Assembly: GCA_016192455.1 (NCBI GenBank)
Contig: JACPUC010000008.1
Span: forward strand, 124,001 to 188,000
Length of the DNA stretch: 64,000 bases
From: Candidatus Tectimicrobiota bacterium
GTDB lineage: Bacteria > JACPUC01
Direction of reading: 5' to 3'
Under the pieces are notes generated by a model, which did not search any database, was not told the DNA's origin, and saw only the letters and a list, made by a program, of their open reading frames with translations. Made by a program: the position numbers and the translations under genes. Below, piece by piece: positions 58,516 to 64,000 of this stretch; positions within the stretch are counted from its first letter, which is position 1; every line of letters starts with the position of its first letter.

Positions 58516-59374
58516 GGCAGCGTGGCCCCATCGCTGGAGGAGGCCGGCGCCTCGAAGACGAATTCGTTGTTGCTCAACCCACCCTTGATGCGCGTCTTCC
58601 GGCACCGCATCCCCAGCGACCTCTCGCAGAAGGCGATGATCTCGTCCGGTTTCGCAAACTCGTAGGGATAGCCGCCCAACCAGTCGATCACGTCCGTCAG
58701 GTAGCCCATGCCACGGGCTTTCTTCTTCACCTTGAAGGGATTGCCGAAGTTCCTGAGGCTCGGAATCACCTGGTTTTCGAGGATGTAGCTTGCCACCATC
58801 CACCCACGCATCAGGCGTCCATGATCGACGTACCGGCTTTGCGTTGCGCCCAGTAGTGTGATCCCTTCGCTCCCTCGTCGTGATTGTAGATGGCGATGTA
58901 AAATTGGCCGCCCGCTTTGACTAACCCCGCGGCATGCTTCAGCGCCGTCCACATGGCGCCGGTGTGATGGAGACATCCCCAGGCGTAGACGATATCAAAA
59001 CTCCCGAGGTTCGCGACGAAGGCGTCATCGAGAATGGAGCCGGTGCGGACGTCCCAGTGCGTTGGATGCTCAACCGTGGCCCGCAGCATCTTCGTCGCTT
59101 CGACCGACTCATGGTCCACGTCGAAACTGACGGTGCGCTCTGCGCCCAGTTCATACGCGGCGAGTGAATGGATGCCCGATCCACAGCCAATATCGAGGAA
59201 GGTCCGCCCCTCGAGGGTCTCCAGCACGAGCATTTGGCTGAGATGCTGGCGCGCCGCGGCGAGGCGCTCGTCCGTGAGATAGCTCTTCACGAACCGTTTC
59301 CAGTTCCTGCCGAACTCGAAGCTCTTTTCCACCTGACCGGTCAACCGAGATCTCTCCAACGAACGGTCCGGCAC
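58512..59374 (-). pseudogene. Class I SAM methyltransferase with a single frameshift near 58835
   Basis: N-half (FEFGRNW, LDIGCGSG, W G.LHHTG) is in one frame and C-half (RGM...D..DWLGGYPYEFA, NNEFVF) in another; adding one base gives ...WAQRKARYVDHG... Confidence 0.75.
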
Positions 59375-59500
59375 GCGGAAGAGGTGCGGGCGCCGGATCC
59401 TGCCGCTGGGCGTTCACCGGGATTTCGATCCACGGCTGAGCTCCACGGCAGCCCGGTGGTACGCCCGCCGGCGCCGGCAGGCAGTCCGCACCTCATCCGG

Positions 59501-61447
59501 CTACGTGAGGTGATGGCGCCACCAGAGGGAGAGGCAGAAGAGCAGCCACACCGTCTTGCCGGCGCGGCGCTGCTCGTGCCGCCGGATCGCCAGCTCGACG
59601 CCGGCGGGCCGCAGGCCGAGCGCCTGCTGGAAGGAACGGCTGCGCAGGGAGTCGAGAATCTGCGGCTTCAGCAGGCTGTCCATGTAGCGGCCAATAGGGA
59701 ACCGGAAGCCGTGCTTCTCCCGGGTGACCGCGGCGAGGACGCGCGGATCCTCAATGAGGTGCCGCTGCAGGTAGCGCTTCAGGAAGTACTTCTGCACGCC
59801 GGCGCGGAGCTTGACCTGCGTGGGCAGGCTCATGGCGAACTCCACGATGCGGTGATCGAGGAGCGGGATGCGCACTTCCAACGCATGCTGCATGCTCATC
59901 CGATCGACCTTCGTGAGGATGTCGTTCGGCAGGTAGGTGTGGAGATCAAGGAGAGCGAGCTGGGTCACAGGCTCGCACGCCGCCGTCCGGCGGAGCGTCG
60001 CGCGCAGCCCCGCGGCGTCGTCCTCCTCGCCCGCCTCGCCGAGCAGGCCGCGGCGCAGCTCCGGCGGCGTGTGGGCATAACCTGCCAGGAACTGCTCCGG
60101 CCAATCCCGGTACGGTCTGCAGAAGAGCGAGTCTTCGAGGCGCCGCTTCGCCTGGGGCAACGTTCCAGCCGGAGCGCATCGGGAGATGGCCGCGCAGGCG
60201 GCACGGCGCATCGCCCGTGGCAGGCGCTCGAACCAGGCGCGCCGCGTCCCGTTGCCGCCTGCCTGCTCCTCATAGGCCCGGCGGCGCTCGTAGCTGACCA
60301 GGCGCTGCAGCAGGTGCTTGTAACCGAAGAAGAGCTCGTCGCCGCCGTCGCCACTCAAGGCGACGGTGACCGAGCGCCGCGCCAGCTCGGAGACGAGATA
60401 GGTGGGAACGGCGGAGTGGTCGTAGAAGGGCTCGTCGAAGCTCCCCATGATCCGCACGATGGTCGAGGAGAGGTCCTCGTCGCTGAGGATCAGCTCGGTA
60501 TGCTTGGTGCCGAAGTAGGCGGCGACGTCGCGCGCATGCCGTGCCTCATCAAAGGTTGCGTCGTCGTAGCCGATGGAGAAGGTCTGCACCGGCATCTCAG
60601 CGAGCGATGCGGCCACCCCGACGACGCACGTCGAGTCCACCCCGCCGCTGAGGAAGGCGCCCAAGGGCACGTCGCTGCGCATGCGCCGGCGTACCGACGC
60701 TTGCAGCGCCTCGTGGAAGCGATCCAGCAACTCCTCCTCGGGCGCCTCGCCGCGCGGCGCCGCGATTGGAACCTCCCAGTACCGCTTCGTCGTACACGCT
60801 CCCCGGCGCAGCACGAGGAACTCGCCGGGACAGAGCTTGCGCACCTTCGTGAAGATGGTGGCGGGGGCCGGGATGCACCCGAAGATCAAGTACTGGCGCA
60901 GCGCTGCGGCATCGATGCGCAGGTCGAGCTCGGCGTGGCGACTCTTGATGATCGCGCCCAGCTCCGAGGCGAAGAGCAGGCGCTGGCCGTCGAGGTAGTA
61001 GTAGAGGCTCTTCTCGCCCAGGCGGTCGCGCGCCAGGACGAGCGTCTCCTTGCGGTGATCCCAGACGGCCAATCCGAACATGCCGTCGAGGTGATCCACG
61101 AACTCCAGCCCGAACTCCTCGTAGGCGTGCACGATCACCTCGGTGTCGGTGTGCGAGGCGAAGGTGTGACCCCGCTGTTGAAGGTCGCGCCGCAGCTCCT
61201 GGTAATTGTAGATCTCGCCATTGAAGGTCACCCACACCGAGCCATCCTCGTTGGCGAGCGGCTGGTGACCTTGCTCGGAGACGTCGATCACCGCGAGACG
61301 TCGATTCCCCAGGCCGATGTTCCCCGCGACGTAGACCCCTTCATCATCAGGTCCGCGGTGTGCGAGCAACGCACACATGCGCCTGAGAGCCGATTCGTCA
61401 ATCGCCTCGCTGGCATGGAGTTGGATGATACCCGCAATACCGCACAT
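59501..61447 (-). CDS. asnB: Asparagine synthase (glutamine-hydrolysing) family amidotransferase
   Basis: MCGIAG, HRGPD, NGEIYN, LSGGVDS, SGDGGDELF and DRMSM. Confidence 0.93.
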   Translation of the reverse strand: MCGIAGIIQLHASEAIDESALRRMCALLAHRGPDDEGVYVAGNIGLGNRRLAVIDVSEQGHQPLANEDGSVWVTFNGEIYNYQELRRDLQQRGHTFASHTDTEVIVHAYEEFGLEFVDHLDGMFGLAVWDHRKETLVLARDRLGEKSLYYYLDGQRLLFASELGAIIKSRHAELDLRIDAAALRQYLIFGCIPAPATIFTKVRKLCPGEFLVLRRGACTTKRYWEVPIAAPRGEAPEEELLDRFHEALQASVRRRMRSDVPLGAFLSGGVDSTCVVGVAASLAEMPVQTFSIGYDDATFDEARHARDVAAYFGTKHTELILSDEDLSSTIVRIMGSFDEPFYDHSAVPTYLVSELARRSVTVALSGDGGDELFFGYKHLLQRLVSYERRRAYEEQAGGNGTRRAWFERLPRAMRRAACAAISRCAPAGTLPQAKRRLEDSLFCRPYRDWPEQFLAGYAHTPPELRRGLLGEAGEEDDAAGLRATLRRTAACEPVTQLALLDLHTYLPNDILTKVDRMSMQHALEVRIPLLDHRIVEFAMSLPTQVKLRAGVQKYFLKRYLQRHLIEDPRVLAAVTREKHGFRFPIGRYMDSLLKPQILDSLRSRSFQQALGLRPAGVELAIRRHEQRRAGKTVWLLFCLSLWWRHHLT

Positions 61448-61483
61448 ACGATCAGCCGAAGCCCTTAATTCGAGATAAGCCGG

Positions 61484-62245
61484 TCACCCGGCGCTCGGTT
61501 CCCCTGCTCGGGAACCGCAGCCTGGAGAGAGGGTGGACGCCTGATCTCGATCAGCACCTGCATTCCGGGATGATCCGCTCCACCCTTTGAACCGCAAAAG
61601 AATCACCTCGGCAGCATGGGAGCCATTGACCACCAGACTCGCGGCACGATGATGCCCGCTCCAGATTTCGTACGGCCTCCATGAGAGGCATTTCCCAAAC
61701 CGTTGGACTTCGTACGGTGCTTCGAGGACCAGGATCGAACGATTCTCAAAACCTCTGCCAAGGTAACCTACCTGCTTGATACTTTGGTGGATGCGCACGA
61801 ATTTTTTAATCTTGTCTCTGATCTGCTCATTGGAATAGCTGAACGGTTCCCGCGCTCCGCTGGCCCAATTGATGTAGTACCCAAGGCTCCGTCTCCGCAT
61901 AAACATGCGGTAGTAGTCCGTGTCTCGGTACGAGCTGAGCAGTTTCCTCAGTCCCCGCGCTTCATAGGACTCGAGCACGCGACACAAGGGGCTGCCGATG
62001 ATGCGCGTGTTCGGCCGCGAACAAGGGTCATCGTGCAGCCCGGCTGCTGCAATTTCACCACGATACTGAAAGTGGAGGTCAGCGAGAGAAAGCCGCACGC
62101 GGCCAACAATGACGAGGCCATAATGTTCGTGATTGGAGCTCTCACTCGGCAGGACGAAGCCGGAGAGATCATCTCCCTCTCTTCCGTTCAAGTGGATAGC
62201 GTCCCCTGGTATCTGCAACCCTGCTCTCCCCGTGAAGTGCTGCAT
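61484..62245 (-). CDS. Hypothetical protein with a ParB/Srx-like motif
   Basis: SIK..GY and YEIWSGHHRAA; lower-GC codon usage; start uncertain. Confidence 0.55.
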   Translation of the reverse strand: MQHFTGRAGLQIPGDAIHLNGREGDDLSGFVLPSESSNHEHYGLVIVGRVRLSLADLHFQYRGEIAAAGLHDDPCSRPNTRIIGSPLCRVLESYEARGLRKLLSSYRDTDYYRMFMRRRSLGYYINWASGAREPFSYSNEQIRDKIKKFVRIHQSIKQVGYLGRGFENRSILVLEAPYEVQRFGKCLSWRPYEIWSGHHRAASLVVNGSHAAEVILLRFKGWSGSSRNAGADRDQASTLSPGCGSRAGEPSAG

Positions 62246-62495
62246 CGGTTCCGGAAAATTCTTCCCTTGCTTTCCGGTGCTTCCCTAGCTAGAGAACTAC
62301 GCTCATGTGCCGTGCCCCGTGAGAAATCGACTGCCTCCTTGGGTCCACGCTGAAATTTGGGTCTGGATCTTAGAGCCATCTGGAAAGACAAGCAGCCTGC
62401 CGAGCGCTAAGCGAAGCCATGGCGTCCGCACCGACTTCATGGGAACCTTGCTGATCGCAGGCGAAAACACGAGTCGGAATTTTCTTTCCAAACTC

Positions 62496-63239
62496 TCACG
62501 GATAGGGATGAACAACACGCAGACCGCGCTGCGCCACGGCATCCAGCGCCAGGCGGGAGAGCTCCGGCACATCTTCCTTCATGCCAAGGATAACGAGATG
62601 ATCTCCTGTGCGCACACCGCGTGGATCATCGGAGTAGTTTTCGCCGATGGCGTCTCCTTTAAGTATAAGGAAGCTCAGAACAGCATGGAGCCGCTTGCGC
62701 ATAAAGTCAATAAGAGGGACCAATGCGTAACTATTTTGGTAATACTTTTTCCTTGTAATAATGTCCCCCTCACCAGGTTTTGCCCATTGAAACATGTTAA
62801 TGATAATCAGCCGCCTTGACACCCGGATCAATTCACTTACTGGTCTCTCATAGTGTCGCTGATGCTCAATCACGCTCTTCACATAACTTACATCAAAAGC
62901 GCCATCGGAGAAGGGGAGACGCCGGATATTTGCTTTCCTGAATTGCACCTGAGGGAACTCTTTCTTTCCCGCCCGCAGGAATTGCGAGGCACCGTCAACA
63001 ACAGTGTAGTTCGTTGCCGCCAGACCGCCCCGCGCCGCCAACATTCGCAGCTCATGACAGCTCCCTGCCCCCACCTCCAAGATCGACGAAAGACGCCGCA
63101 GGAGCATGAAGGAGACGAACCACTCACGATCGGGATGGTGATCTTCGAGATACCCGTGGGCAGGCCTTTCAGCCCAGCGTGGGTCTGGGATGAGACCAAG
63201 TGCGGCAAGATAGTTCTTCACGCGCCGAAGACCACGCAT
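62496..63239 (-). CDS. Class I SAM-dependent methyltransferase
   Basis: LEVGAG, VD, LPF.D..FD and VIEH; GGAGGAGG RBS. Confidence 0.82.
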   Translation of the reverse strand: MRGLRRVKNYLAALGLIPDPRWAERPAHGYLEDHHPDREWFVSFMLLRRLSSILEVGAGSCHELRMLAARGGLAATNYTVVDGASQFLRAGKKEFPQVQFRKANIRRLPFSDGAFDVSYVKSVIEHQRHYERPVSELIRVSRRLIIINMFQWAKPGEGDIITRKKYYQNSYALVPLIDFMRKRLHAVLSFLILKGDAIGENYSDDPRGVRTGDHLVILGMKEDVPELSRLALDAVAQRGLRVVHPYP

Positions 63240-63265
63240 CCTCCTCCCCTTTGAGACCGGAGTCG

Positions 63266-64000
63266 TTATCGGACTGAACGCGAGTAGAGCAACCTGGGAT
63301 TGCGCTCCTTCACCACGGCAGCCCAGGCGTAGGCCGGATGCCGCACGGTGGTCGCCAGGGCGCGCCAGGCGGCTCGGACGCGACTGTAAGTGGCGCTCCG
63401 CCGCACCACGTCCTTCAACGCACGCCAGGCCAGGCCCGGGGCATAGCAGGCGTAGAGGCGCACGTGGAAGTACTTCACGAAGCGCACGATCTCGGCTTCG
63501 GAGAGGAGGTCGTTCTTGATGACACTGTGGGCGAAGTAGTTGTCGTAGTGGCCGGTCACCAGTTTCTTCTCGAAGCACTCATCGCCCAGCGCCGTGCCGC
63601 GATAGGGATAGAAGATGCTGATCTGCGCGCGCGCCGGCTTGATGCGGCGATTGAACGCCAAGGTCTTGCGCATCGTCTCCCTGGTCTCGCCCGGCACCCC
63701 CACCATGTTGAACGAGTGCATCGGAATGCCGACCTTGCGAGCCAGCTCAAAGACTTCAATGATCTGCCGGTCTTTCATCCTGCGCTTCAGGATATGCGTG
63801 CGCAGGTCTTCATCACCCGTCTCAACGCCGACCTGGATGAGACTGCACCCCATGTCCTTCAGCGCCTCCAGGACCTCGCGATCGATGGTCTCGACGCGAC
63901 CGTTGACCATGAAGTTGACGCGCTTGAGGTGCTCCGGGTAATGGTTCGCCAGCTCCAGCAGCCATTTCTTGTTGATGGTAAAGAGATCATCATCGATGAC
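63266..64000 (-). CDS. Radical SAM protein, B12-binding class-like (C-terminal part; runs off window end)
   Basis: IDDDLFT, GC..I..GVETG, MVGVPGET and F.PY.GT motifs. Confidence 0.85.
   Translation of the reverse strand, partial: VIDDDLFTINKKWLLELANHYPEHLKRVNFMVNGRVETIDREVLEALKDMGCSLIQVGVETGDEDLRTHILKRRMKDRQIIEVFELARKVGIPMHSFNMVGVPGETRETMRKTLAFNRRIKPARAQISIFYPYRGTALGDECFEKKLVTGHYDNYFAHSVIKNDLLSEAEIVRFVKYFHVRLYACYAPGLAWRALKDVVRRSATYSRVRAAWRALATTVRHPAYAWAAVVKERNPRLLYSRSVR

Noticed and set aside
59168-61468. 766-aa plus-strand ORF
   Set aside because: Antisense to asnB.
62188-62819. Short ORFs between the ParB-like gene and the methyltransferase
   Set aside because: Overlap real genes or lack RBS and motifs; an in-frame TAG near 62286 prevents extending the ParB-like gene.
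1-64000. CRISPR arrays, tRNA/rRNA genes, transposases, prophage or defence genes
   Set aside because: No regularly spaced repeats, cloverleaf/rRNA signatures or corresponding protein motifs seen by eye.

Overview
GC-rich bacterial chromosomal window with three parts. (1) 1-12 kb is a mixed housekeeping/accessory region: a partial Liv-type binding protein, an atypical UbiD whose second catalytic Glu is replaced by Asn, a UGSC-family selenoprotein (in-frame TGA plus SECIS-like hairpin; the ORF track splits it in two) with its partner gene, rpmB, DUF445, an orphan livF, a hybrid histidine kinase, tatA and a bifunctional Rel/SpoT. (2) 12.5-24.1 kb is a complete aa3-type heme-copper oxidase operon with ctaA, ctaB, two subunit III genes, subunit IV, SCO, DUF420 and a nearby ABC pair. 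Subunits I and II keep all metal ligands, the cross-linked Tyr and the D-channel, but the K-channel residues appear jointly substituted. (3) 24.1-64 kb is a >40 kb minus-strand surface-glycan cluster that runs off the window end. It encodes GT4/GT2/GT-C transferases, a PglK/MsbA-like exporter, a nonulosonate module, a myo-inositol-1-P synthase/aminotransferase/carbamoyltransferase module, several methyltransferases (one frameshifted), AsnB and a B12 radical SAM enzyme. No rRNA, tRNA, CRISPR array or transposase was recognised. All assignments come from motifs read by eye; no database searches were run.
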